A stretch of DNA of 35,965 bases from Trichomonas gallinae. Taxonomy: Eukaryota. Within the stretch, counting starts at the first letter, position 1. Each line of letters opens with the position of its first letter. Below are positions 1 through 10,986 of this stretch, piece after piece. The position numbers were made by a program, and so were the translations under genes. Under the pieces are notes generated by a model, which did not search any database, had not been told where the DNA came from, and saw nothing but the letters and a program-made list of their open reading frames with translations. Where the stretch lies: NCBI GenBank assembly GCA_008369845.1, contig MRSU01010037.1, positions 1 to 35,965 of the forward strand. The letters are read 5' to 3'.

Positions 1-327
1 TATCATTATATTAATGCATATAATATACTGGCAAAGTTTGGAGCAAAAATACATTTCTATCGTCATTGGTACACCTCTTCTGTAACTTTATTATAAGATC
101 ATAAAATAGTTTCCTTCTGTATTGCTAATCAAATAAATCAAAATTAGAAAATGAAAAAATTGGGTTGCATTCGCTGTATCATAGCATACTGTTTCCAAAA
201 ACAAAGTGTCATTGGCATAATTTTGATAAAAATATGAATTGAAATTAAAATTAGAGGTTAAAACGATTATGGTATATTGTAAAGTAAATAATGGGTTTAA
301 TTTAACAAAATATTAAACTAAAAACGC

Positions 328-831
328 TTATTTCCTAAGTTGAGCCATAGCCGCATCATAGTTTGGCTCCTGAGCAATTTCAGATACCATTTCTGTATAT
401 ACAACCTTGTGCTCTTGGTTAAGAACAATAACACATCTCGCTGTGAGGCCATTGAGTGGACCATCAGTCATCAAAACACCGTAATCTTCAGAGAACTTGG
501 ATGTATACCTGAAGTCAGAGAGTGGGATGATGTTCTTGATGCCTTCGTTTAGGCAGAATCTTGATTGAGCGAAAGGAAGGTCCTTAGAAATGCAAAGAAC
601 GACTGTGTTAGGAAGAGAAGCAGCAAGAACGTTAAACTTGCGGACTGATGCTGCGCAAATGCCTGTATCCATAGATGGGAAGATGTTGAGGACGATATTT
701 TTGCCTCTGAAGTCATTAAGTGTGCAAGATGAAAGATCTCCTTTAACAAGCTCGAAATTTGGAGCCTTGTCGCCGACTTTGACGAAGTTGCCTGCTGTGT
801 GGACTGGAACACCCTTAAATGCTGTTGTCAT
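328..831 (-). CDS. tpx: Thiol peroxidase, Tpx-type atypical 2-Cys peroxiredoxin (167 aa)
   Basis: Peroxidatic motif FPSMDTGIC and resolving-Cys motif [13 protein letters not shown] are typical of the Tpx subfamily; C-terminus is [11 protein letters not shown]. Start moved from 966 to the ATG at 831 (MTTAFKG), which has an Inr TCATTT just upstream; the extra 45 codons are AT-rich and not Tpx-like. Confidence 0.93.
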   Translation of the reverse strand: MTTAFKGVPVHTAGNFVKVGDKAPNFELVKGDLSSCTLNDFRGKNIVLNIFPSMDTGICAASVRKFNVLAASLPNTVVLCISKDLPFAQSRFCLNEGIKNIIPLSDFRYTSKFSEDYGVLMTDGPLNGLTARCVIVLNQEHKVVYTEMVSEIAQEPNYDAAMAQLRK

Positions 832-837
832 TCGAAT

Positions 838-843
838 AAATGA
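838..843 (-). promoter_or_regulatory. Trichomonad initiator (Inr) TCATTT of tpx
   Basis: Minus strand reads TCATTTATTCGA-ATG, matching TCA+1Py(T/A) close to the ATG. Confidence 0.6.
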
Positions 844-3821
844 TGTGAAAAAAGAAAAATTTTTGGTTTTTGAAAGTTTTGAGAATATTTTATCTTTTGT
901 GTAGTACACAAAAGTTTTTACACCGATCATGATCATTTTGCTTCTACGCAAAACTACTATCCACAATGGTTAAAATAATGTTAAGATCAAAAATGATTAA
1001 AATTTCAACAATTGAATCACGATCATAGAAAAGATGTGAGAAGGCAAAAGAAGCACATTCATGTCTGCTAACATATTTAATGAGAAAGAAGCAAATAAGT
1101 CAACTGTATGAGTTTTGAATATAAAAATTTTACATGGCAAAAAAAAATAAAACAAAAATGATCCCCAAAAATTTTGATCGAAGTATGTTGTCTTTCAGAC
1201 AGTTTTCTATGGATGAGAGACATTGTATTTAAATTTAAGCCATCATTGGTTCTTATGGGCGATGTTTGCATCAGGAAAATTTTATTGTTTGTGCTACAAA
1301 TTAAATTTACATGTCAAATTAGAAAATTTGTATGCAACAGTATAGGTTTAATTTTTATATCTATGGTTGAAATGTTTGACCTTTAGAGCTACTAATCTCT
1401 CAATAAGCGAACCATTCTTAAATTCATGGATATGAAAATAAGATTATGACTTAGGTTAATTATAGAGCTCCACTGCTGTAAATGTTTATATATTGTTCAT
1501 ATTATTGCCTTTTGTGTGATTATTTCGAACAAATAATGATTTTTTTGATTGATTAGATATAATTTCAATCAATTTTTTGCCATTGAATGTGTTTTTGTAT
1601 GAACATATCTTTTCTTGATATTGAATTAATTATTTTCTACCTCATATAATCAATTCCTATGTTATATTAAATGAACTTAAAAAAATGCTATATTTGAAGA
1701 TAATTTGATGGGGATTTTGTCTTTGGACATGTTTTATAAAGTATATCTAATATGATTAATGTATATAAATTCGAAATTATGAATAATATTTGCAACAATT
1801 TTATTAGATGCATTTTTCGACTTGAAAATTATTGACATCAACTAGTAGTCACATAAAAAGCATGATCTAATAGAATTAGCTTCAGATTTATGAGATATAA
1901 AAAAATAAAATCTAAAAAAGTATTTATTGAAATGCCTAATGAAGTGGTAGAGGTTCTTAATAATTTAAAATCCGGAATATTTAGTTTATAATAGCAGATT
2001 ATCGGATTATTATCCGCTATAAAATAGAAACTAGTTGTCTCTTCGTATTTTGCATGCTCCTGAAGTATAATTGTTCATTATAATGAATTATAATCCAAAT
2101 ACAGTGGATATTCATTGATTTTTTGGAGATTTCACAGAATATTTGCATATTTTTATATTTCTTTAAAGAATTATTCATAGCGACCGCTTGATAATGTTTT
2201 GCTACTTGCCAATGTATTGTACATGTTACTCCCATTATTTTATTTCGAACTGGCATTGAATTCTTGATCCGATATTATGATTGCTGCCTATTTATCCTAC
2301 ATATTATCATTCTCCTGTTGTAGTGTTCGAATAATGTGCCCTAGCTTTTTATCCAATTCCTTTAATTCTATGGTATTTTTTCAGCATCATTTATTTCTTT
2401 ACATTTCAAATTTTTGTGTTTACGTGTCAGACTAAATAAATATTAAATGAGATTTAATTTATTGATGCATAAATATAAAATATCGGACAATTTATATTCA
2501 ATAATGGGAGTAAGACCGAATTACCTGATTTCTCTTTGTTATTGGTTCGGATAATAAAAATTGAATGAAAATTAGGCCAATCAATTAAATCCTATTCTGA
2601 CGAAAGGGAAATTGACGCATAAAGGTACCACTATAGATGTTAGCATGGGTAGAATAATGAATTATCTAATTGATAATGAAAATTTCAAATTCAATTTGAT
2701 GGTTAGAAAAGTAATTTGAATGAAATATTTTCTGACTGGTTTACAAATGTAAAGCCACTGAAAAAGAATAAATAAATACATTAATATTCTGTTATATATG
2801 TCTATGTGTATTAATTTATTTTTCTCAAAATTGTAATAACCATTTTATTTCGTACGGTCTTTTATATAAATTCGTCATAAGTGAAAATATCGTTTAATAA
2901 CTGTCATCCTCTTTTATATATACCATAATTGCGCAAGAAAATTTTTGACGTGTTTAAACGAAGTGAACAACCTCCAAAAATATCGAGATAGACTATGTAT
3001 AAAAAGAAAACGAAATTTAATTAAATTTATATTTTGAAACAAAATTTCATAGACCTAAATGTGGAATTAATAAAACCATATATTTAGTAAAATGGTTAAA
3101 ACAATGTATAGAGGCTATACCAAATGAAATAAACGTCTTAAATCAAATCCCAAGGAATTTGAGGATAAAATCTTGCAATTGCATCAATTTCATTAATAAT
3201 ATGAGTCATATTGCTTTAATTTAGTTGGAATATACCATGAATTTTAGCATAGCGTCATACCACAAAATTATTCATTTACAGTTATCATAATTATCAAACA
3301 AAAATAGAATTTCCTGGCTGTATGAGGTACATAGATTATAATTTTCATATCCTATCCAAATTATACATTTCATAATATTTTTAGCCCACTATTTATTCCT
3401 GCAATAATCATGATAATTATATGTCCGATATCATATCGGATAAAATGGCCGAAGATTCATTTTTTCATTCAAAACCACGCCCATATGTTTTGAATACTAA
3501 TTTAAATTTAAAAAAATTACAATTGTTTTCTCGTTTATTAAAGTACCATAATCAATATTATCCATTGCTCTTTTTCAGAGCTATTTTGAAAACAATTCAC
3601 TTTTCAATTTTTTTGTTTACTACTCAAAAAATAACATGTGCCAATTATAATCTATAGCAATAAGACGTGTTTTGTATAAAAAATTTATTCAATATAAGCT
3701 CAGAAAATCAAAATTCTATGAGTTATGAAAATTTTACAGTTCCATATTATAGCTGCATATGGTATAAATATGCATCGCTATCCAAAGTGAATGTGAAACG
3801 TACAATTTAAATTCAAAATCA

Positions 3822-3827
3822 TCATTT
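3822..3827 (+). promoter_or_regulatory. Inr element TCATTT
   Basis: TCATTTTT lies immediately before the ATG at 3830. Confidence 0.55.
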
Positions 3828-3829
3828 TT

Positions 3830-4282
3830 ATGGATTGCGTTAAAGAGATCATCGCCTCAAGGAAAATAAGAAAGCAAAATTCCAAGTCTGCTAGGAACAT
3901 AAAGGACCATGAGATGATATCAGAGCGTGTACAATTCAATGGAGTCAAGATGGATTTCGTCTCTGAATACATTGACAGACAATTCGGTGTTCATGTTACA
4001 ACAACACCTCTTATTGCATTTGGTAATGAGATGTGCAGAATGTATGGACTCAAGTTGGACAGACTTGCCAAAAGGAATCGTGACGCCTTAATGTGCTGGT
4101 ATGCCGAAAATTGGAATGTTATATTGCCACACATTAACAACATTGTCCTTTATTTGCCAAACATGAAGATCCCTGAACTTGATAAGACTCCCATTAGAAA
4201 ATCTGAGAAAAAGTTGCCACATGGAATCAGCTTCCAGTGCAGCGATCCATCAGATATTTCCCAGCTCCTCAACTATCATTGA
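3830..4282 (+). CDS. Small basic hypothetical protein of a trichomonad family (LKLDRLAKRNRDALMCWYAENW motif)
   Basis: 150 aa ORF with coding-like GC and an Inr. The basic helical motif ending CWYxENW is recalled from trichomonad hypothetical proteins; function unknown. Confidence 0.8.
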   Translation: MDCVKEIIASRKIRKQNSKSARNIKDHEMISERVQFNGVKMDFVSEYIDRQFGVHVTTTPLIAFGNEMCRMYGLKLDRLAKRNRDALMCWYAENWNVILPHINNIVLYLPNMKIPELDKTPIRKSEKKLPHGISFQCSDPSDISQLLNYH

Positions 4283-4835
4283 ATTTCACCCCTTTAATTG
4301 TCTTTTTATCTTTACCATGAATTTGTCAGTAAATTTTCATACTATCTCTACATTATACTTGTTTTTACATGCCACACAATTGGTTTATAATGTGCCCATT
4401 GCATTTTGCCAAATTCTTATTTAAAAATTTTGCAATCGTCATCAAATAGAACTTGCTTCGAAGTATTCCATCATTTTGTATAATTCCAATGCAATGAAGA
4501 AAATTCTGTTCGAATCAAGGGCGACCAGAAAAATAAACCAATCTGAAGCAGCAATAACCGTTTGAGAGTGGCGGATTAGAAAATCTTGTATCTATAAGAA
4601 TGTTGTACAAATGTTTGTTGCTTTAAATATCATTGTTTTGAATGCTTCGGATTCGAAATTTATGGTAAATAATTGAATTTATTCTGATTCTATCGAGTGA
4701 AAATGATCTATTCCAAATATGTATCCTATACTATGATTTAAATTTTTGCAAAATATTTAAAAAATCCTAAAATCAAGATAATTTTACACAAAAATCCTAA
4801 GAATTTTCGTGTTTTGAAACTTGCAAAAAATCTTG

Positions 4836-6143
4836 ATGGCGAAAAATCTCCAATTTCCAGCTGGGGTGATCTCTATTTACGGCCGAGGTGTTATTTCTTT
4901 GGTTTCTGGTAATGCAGAGATCCAAGGATATCGATTGAAGCCAGGAATTAAACAAAAAATATTTGCTCCAAACCATTCTTTCCCAATTCAAATAAAATCG
5001 GACGATAAATTTATTCTAAACGTTACACCAATACCTTTGGAGTCACTAGCTTACTCCGAATGGTCATATTACAAACTCGAAGACAAAACTTTTACAGAAT
5101 ATTTAGATGGCTTTTATATCAATCCAAAATACCCAGAACTCTCCTACGAACAGTCAAAACTTGAAGAAATCGATGGAAAAATAAGACATGGCACAAAACT
5201 CATGATTATTGGCGACAAAGGCTCAGGAAAGTCCACATTTTCAAGATTCATTACCAATAGAATACTAAACAGATTCCCAAAAGTCGCATATTTGGATCTC
5301 GATCCTGGACAACCAGAACATTCTTTTCCACGAACGATTTCTTTGACGATTGTTGATTCTCCTATATTAGGTCCGCAAGAAATGAACTCAAACTACAAGA
5401 AATACGTATATGATATAGGAGTTATTGCTGCTTTAAATTGTGAAATTTACCAAAAAGGAATTGAAGAGCTCATGAATATGGCGCCACATGACATGCCTTT
5501 GGTCGTGAACTCTTTGGGATATATTTTTAATGCTGGAGTGGGAATTCATGTTTCTTTCTTTAAAACAATCAGACCGAACATAAGAGTATTAATGTTGAGA
5601 CCTAATTCGCCGGAAATACCCGTTGTTTACGCAAATTCGATCGAATTTAACATCAAAAAAATTATCAATGTAAGTAATAAAGGAGTTAAACCAGCAGCAT
5701 TACGCGAATTACGATTTTCTACATATTTAACCAGAGGAATCGGATTAAATGCAGTTCAACAGCCAAAAGTTTTGAAATTACAAAATATCTTCTTTTATTT
5801 CGGCAAACCAGTCATTTTAACAGAAGTTCTTAACTACTGCATCGGTTCTATGGCCTTTTTATTGAAGTCAAGAGACTCTATACCATTTATACTAATAAAA
5901 CGAGATCAACAACAATGCTTAGTAAAGGTTTTGTCCAATTTCACGCCTAAATGGGTTTATGGAGCAGCATTAATCAGAGCTGTTGACATCGAAAATGGCC
6001 TATTATACGTAAATACTCCAGATTCTATTTCAAATATCAATGTTCTTCATGTTTTCCCAGAAGAATTCTTACCAACAGTTTTACATGACTATCCTACAGA
6101 TATTACTTACTCAGATGCTCTCACTCTTCAAAAATACATCTAA
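4836..6143 (+). CDS. NOL9: Polynucleotide 5'-hydroxyl kinase, NOL9/Grc3 type (Clp1 family)
   Basis: Walker A GDKGSGKST, then YLDLDPGQPE, ISL..VDSPILGP, PLVVNSLGY and C-terminal IRAVDIENGLLYVNTP; this pattern is closer to NOL9/Grc3 than to Clp1. First ATG is 4836 (track start 4821 is TTG). Confidence 0.82.
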   Translation: MAKNLQFPAGVISIYGRGVISLVSGNAEIQGYRLKPGIKQKIFAPNHSFPIQIKSDDKFILNVTPIPLESLAYSEWSYYKLEDKTFTEYLDGFYINPKYPELSYEQSKLEEIDGKIRHGTKLMIIGDKGSGKSTFSRFITNRILNRFPKVAYLDLDPGQPEHSFPRTISLTIVDSPILGPQEMNSNYKKYVYDIGVIAALNCEIYQKGIEELMNMAPHDMPLVVNSLGYIFNAGVGIHVSFFKTIRPNIRVLMLRPNSPEIPVVYANSIEFNIKKIINVSNKGVKPAALRELRFSTYLTRGIGLNAVQQPKVLKLQNIFFYFGKPVILTEVLNYCIGSMAFLLKSRDSIPFILIKRDQQQCLVKVLSNFTPKWVYGAALIRAVDIENGLLYVNTPDSISNINVLHVFPEEFLPTVLHDYPTDITYSDALTLQKYI

Positions 6144-6429
6144 TAGTTTGTTTGATTTGTTTGTAAATACATTAATTTGTTCTTTATTTGAAGTTTTGTG
6201 TCAATACTAGTCTAATGTTGTTGTAATCTTAATATTTGAAAGAGATTCTGAACAAAACTTTCCCGAACATAATTTGAGCCTCGTTCACATGTAATTATAT
6301 AAGTTCCATATGGAATTTAACCGAATTTTGAGGTAATAATATAAGATTATCGTTGGAATAATTAATAAAACAAGATTTTAAACAAAAAACAAAAAATAAA
6401 CAAATAACTGCATGATAATATGAACATAC

Positions 6430-7521
6430 TTAGCTCAATGAGATCTTTATCTCGTTGGCGAGGTTCTCTAATCGCTTGAGATACAACATCAAGTCATCAT
6501 TTTGCTTAAGTTCAGCATTTTCTGCAGCTGTTCTTCCGTATGCATCTTTTGTTCCAAGTTTGGCATTGTTTGTGATCAGTAAATCTGTGATATTCGGCGT
6601 ATTGTTCAAGGACGAATAAATTAAAGGAGTATTGCCCATACTATCCTGTATTTCAATGTTAGCTCTCTTGGATATGAGGTATTCCAATACGACATAGCTA
6701 GAAAACATTGAGGAAGCAAGAATTGGATTAAATCCTTCGTGGTCTAATGAGTTAATATCCTTTGTTCTGGAAAGTTTATCAAAGAAGCTCCTGTAATTGA
6801 AGTATTGGAGGGTCGAAGACCATGAATAATCAAAGTTTGTTTGGTAAACTAAGTCTAGAGCTGTATTATTGTGATGGGCTGCTACAGAATACTCCAAACA
6901 TAGCTGATCAACGCTAAACATCTTTTCGCATGTTTTGATAATTTCTTGATTGTTTCCAATGAAAGATCTTTCAAGTGTATTGCGGGAAATGGTTGAACCA
7001 AGGGATAATAACAAATCAAAACATTTGTATGAGCCAAATTCAGCTGCATAGTCTAGAATTGAATGATTATTATCCAAATTCTGGTCGCTTTCGAAATTAT
7101 CCTCTTTAACCAAAGACTCAAGCAGTTTCTCATCATCCCAGAGCAAAGCATACATTAAAGTATTGTTATCGTAAATCTTCATGATCTGTTCGATCGATCT
7201 GTTCCTATATTTATTGGGCATTGGCATGTTAATTAGTCCATCCTTGACCAATAAAGCTTGCAAAACAATATTATGGATTGTCGATTTAGTGACATCGACC
7301 TTAAATATCTGAATAAAGGTCTTGCAGAAGATGTAGATGGTCTTCATGTTCCTTGGTCTGTATTGTGCGACAGCATCAATCATCTTTACAATGTTTTCAA
7401 TTGTAAAAAGTTTGTTTGCAACAGCAACAATGACAGCCTTCATTGTATCCTGCACTGTCTTGGCACTTAAGTTCCATACATTTTCACTGACTGCAATAAT
7501 CTCTTCGCATTTATTACTCAT
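6430..7521 (-). CDS. Ankyrin repeat protein (DUF3447-like trichomonad type)
   Basis: Ankyrin repeats DHEGFNPILAS, DSMGNTPLIYS and DAYGRTAAENA; central ILDYAAEFGSYKCFDLL..SFIGNNQEIIKTC..YSVAAHHN segment. Probable start is ATG 7521 (MSNKCEE); track start is 7587. Confidence 0.85.
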   Translation of the reverse strand: MSNKCEEIIAVSENVWNLSAKTVQDTMKAVIVAVANKLFTIENIVKMIDAVAQYRPRNMKTIYIFCKTFIQIFKVDVTKSTIHNIVLQALLVKDGLINMPMPNKYRNRSIEQIMKIYDNNTLMYALLWDDEKLLESLVKEDNFESDQNLDNNHSILDYAAEFGSYKCFDLLLSLGSTISRNTLERSFIGNNQEIIKTCEKMFSVDQLCLEYSVAAHHNNTALDLVYQTNFDYSWSSTLQYFNYRSFFDKLSRTKDINSLDHEGFNPILASSMFSSYVVLEYLISKRANIEIQDSMGNTPLIYSSLNNTPNITDLLITNNAKLGTKDAYGRTAAENAELKQNDDLMLYLKRLENLANEIKISLS

Positions 7522-8856
7522 TTTTGAAATTAGAGATGTGAAGTCAACTGTGTTCAATAAAATTTCAATTTTACATATATTATGCATTATAACATTATTT
7601 GCAGGATTTGTTATAGGCGGAAGTTACTTTTGATTTAAACCATTTTGAGAAGAAAAGCACGTTTTCAATAAATTTTTATAGCTTTAAAAATTAATAAGAA
7701 TAATGCAAGCATTACATATCAATAATGTAGAAGAAATTGAATGGAAAGTGTAAAAAAACTTGAATACTAAAATTTACATGATGGAATTCATGTACCAACA
7801 CTTGTTTACCATAATTAATCAAATTTCTGTGGAAACTCAATCATTCAAAAATTGAGGGGATATTTTTCAAGGGGATTTAAAATTGAATATGTACGATTTT
7901 GCTTATACCCAAAAATTAGTTGATATTAATTTATCTAAAATAATTATTCCAAATTTTTGACAAAATTGATTTATAGTTCCCTTAATATTTGTTAAAAAGT
8001 CTATATTTCATATTAATAAAGATTAGTAATCAAAATCTTGTCCATTCAAATTGACAAATTTTTCAGAGTTTATCTGCCAAGTTATGGCGTTAGACTAATG
8101 ATACTGGATAATAATCTTCAATAAAAAATTTTCATAACAAGTTTTGAGAAATTTTACTGTTAAATATCTGCTTATTAGCATATCCATATTCTATCCTATA
8201 TAAAGCAAAATGAACTTATCAACATTTTATACATATTTTACAGCACTCAGTGGCGAGCGCTTTACAAATTTTCATTTTCAATATTTATGAACAATAGTTA
8301 AACAGGCTTTAGAGATTCGCTGTTTTTCAATGAGAGAATGTCTATAGACCCTAAATCCTCAAGAAAACACGAATGACCTATTTAGAGATTTGTGAATCTC
8401 TCAACACATTATCTTAATGAGCATATTCTTTTATGCATAAATCATCTTTTAGAGTTGTTCTACACATATCCGTCAATTTTAGACATTTTGGAAAAATTCA
8501 ATTGTCTCTGGTTATTCTTTTGTGATTCTAATTTAAAATTTAGATTATTGTTGAACACTATATAACGATTTTATACATAAAGTATGATAGATGAGAAAAA
8601 TTTACTTCATTAATTGATTTGACTGTCAATTTCGTTGTACAACTCGACAGTTAGGGGATATTCAATGAGAATATACACCACTCATAATGATTGTCATCAA
8701 CTTTGGTTTTCAAGAAATTAGAGACGGAATAATCATCGTAATCATAGGCATAAGATCCTTATTTAATCATAACAAACAATAAATATAGCAAAATCTCTGT
8801 GATCGCTTGATAAATCAATGATATAAATCTGAGATGATTATTTTCTCCACTTTAGA

Positions 8857-9984
8857 CTAATTTATCATCTGGTTATATCTTCCACTCCTTATTTTAGACA
8901 CTTTGTCAATAGTCATTTTCTCGGTTTTAAAACTATCGGGTGGCGGCAATGGTTTATTTTCGGTAGGAAGTGGAATTGCTGTTCTTGGAGGTTCAGTACG
9001 TGGTGGTAATGGCTTTGGTGAAGGCTTAAAAGCATCATCTTCTCTGATATATGTAGCAGTCAATTCAATTGGTTTTATGATTGGGTTTTCGTTATTTATT
9101 GGTCGACTAACCATACCTGGTGGCTTAATATGTTTGTTCTTTTCTATGAAGCATTTGGAAACTGAAAAAAATGAAAGTGGACCCGAAAAAGTGTATTGAT
9201 TTTCGCTCATTTGCTCATTAATTATATTGCAATCTTGTATTTCTACTAGAATGGCTTGACCTTCCTTGGCAGCTGCATATATCTGCCCATGATATTCGCG
9301 TGGCTGATTTTGATTTTTTTCGAAATTTGTGTAAGACATCTTTCCAGATGATGCAAATGATAAAATACTTGATACAACCTCATTTTCCTTGATATTACAG
9401 TACGTTATTTTCCAACTAATGTCCATATTTATGAAAATAACTCCTAGGTTAACTTTTGAAAATGAATGATTCGTATTCTTTATATTTGCATCGCCTTCTT
9501 TCAGATATATCTCACCTCTTGCATCCAATCCTTGTTCGCACGTAGAATAATAAAATTTTATTCTAGATTTCCATTTGCTACCTCCAGCAATATATGTAAA
9601 TGCTCCATAATAGGATTGCGAATAGTCAATTCTTGGTTTCTTACAATAACAATAATTCATAGCAAATTCTCCTTTTATAAAGTAGATTGATCCACCGGAG
9701 GTTGATGACTGGCATGAGTCGAAAGTACAATATTCAACCAATAGCTTCTTTTCGGAATCTGATTTTAGAGAAATTGCATTTGGAACGTTTTGATACTTGC
9801 AACTAAGCAAATAATAGTTTGAATTTCCGTCATCGCTGACTTTTTGGTCAATAACGTAGTGAATTCTTTTTGGATTTATCGAGGCATCGAAGAAATCAGA
9901 CCATTCAGAATACAACAGTCTGTGGTAATCCTTATGATTCATAGTAGCAGCATGGATAGCCAAAGTACTAAGAATATTCATCAT
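8857..9984 (-). CDS. Hypothetical secreted protein with beta-helix/Pmp-like region and Pro-rich C-terminus
   Basis: 375 aa with a short hydrophobic N-terminus, CTFDSC..SGGSIYF motif (GGAI-like), Asn/Cys-rich strands and a KPSPKPLPPRTEPPRTAIPLP tail; no C-terminal TM seen. Confidence 0.7.
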   Translation of the reverse strand: MMNILSTLAIHAATMNHKDYHRLLYSEWSDFFDASINPKRIHYVIDQKVSDDGNSNYYLLSCKYQNVPNAISLKSDSEKKLLVEYCTFDSCQSSTSGGSIYFIKGEFAMNYCYCKKPRIDYSQSYYGAFTYIAGGSKWKSRIKFYYSTCEQGLDARGEIYLKEGDANIKNTNHSFSKVNLGVIFINMDISWKITYCNIKENEVVSSILSFASSGKMSYTNFEKNQNQPREYHGQIYAAAKEGQAILVEIQDCNIINEQMSENQYTFSGPLSFFSVSKCFIEKNKHIKPPGMVSRPINNENPIIKPIELTATYIREDDAFKPSPKPLPPRTEPPRTAIPLPTENKPLPPPDSFKTEKMTIDKVSKIRSGRYNQMIN

Positions 9985-10986
9985 TTTGCGCTGAAAATAA
10001 AATATAAGAAAAAACGTAAATTACTGAATTTTTATTTGCTCAAAATTTATATAGAAATACCATAAATAATGGGTATTTTAAAGTTATTTTTCAAGAATAT
10101 ACTTTGAGAACGTATTCAATTGTTTAGCATTAATATACAATACAATATCAAAAATAATGAGTTATAATGTTATTTTTGATAAAAAATTCAATTGCTTTCA
10201 AAAGTTAAATATTGCTTTTTAACATCCTATAACTAAAATATTAAAGGAAATATCGAATAATTTATCATTCAAGATTTGAAAAAACTTTACAAAATAACGT
10301 TGAGCCTAAAAATCTTTTAAATAAATTGTTATATTAAACTAGATATGTCTATAGAACAAATATCGAAGCTTTTTAATCATATCAATTGATGTGAATGAAA
10401 TAATATTCAGAAAATTTATAGACACAGAATTCAAAATTGTGCTTGAAATTCTTCATATTTATCACTTAAATCGCCAATATTACATAAAAAACGGTTGATA
10501 TGTTCTTTCAAAATTGCCTGAATATAACTATTTTAATGCAAAACATTTCCTTATCATGAGAATCATGCAATTATATCTTCCAAAAATCTCGTATTGTATA
10601 GTGAGTCGTTGCAATTTGAAAATAAATTTTAGAAAAGTGACAAATTATCACATCAAATTCACTAAATTCCTTTTGCGTTAGGTCTGGTAATGCATTAAAA
10701 CAATACTCGACACTTTTCCCGCTCATAATTTTTTTCTGAAAATTATTTTATCAAACAAGAATTTATGACAGCATCAACTATAATTCGTAATACTTACTAT
10801 AAAACCAATATATCGCATTTATACATTCTTTATATTGCTTAATTATCATTTATTTAAATGATTCATATTGCGAAATTTTTCACCTCCACACAATGTGTTA
10901 TTCAAAGCTAAATTTGGTTTACATAGAAAAAGTCATGACATTTGCATAATAATATCATGTTTAAATAAAAATTAAAAAAACACAAA

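Noticed and set aside
832..966. N-terminal ORF extension of tpx (likewise 7522-7587 and 15715-15831)
   Set aside because: AT-rich upstream DNA that happens to be stop-free; composition and Inr position favour the downstream ATGs.
10597..10609. TATAGTGAGTCGT, a 13-nt match to the reverse complement of the T7 promoter
   Set aside because: The flanks do not match (no TAAT, no GGG) and there is no polylinker or other vector sequence; treated as chance.
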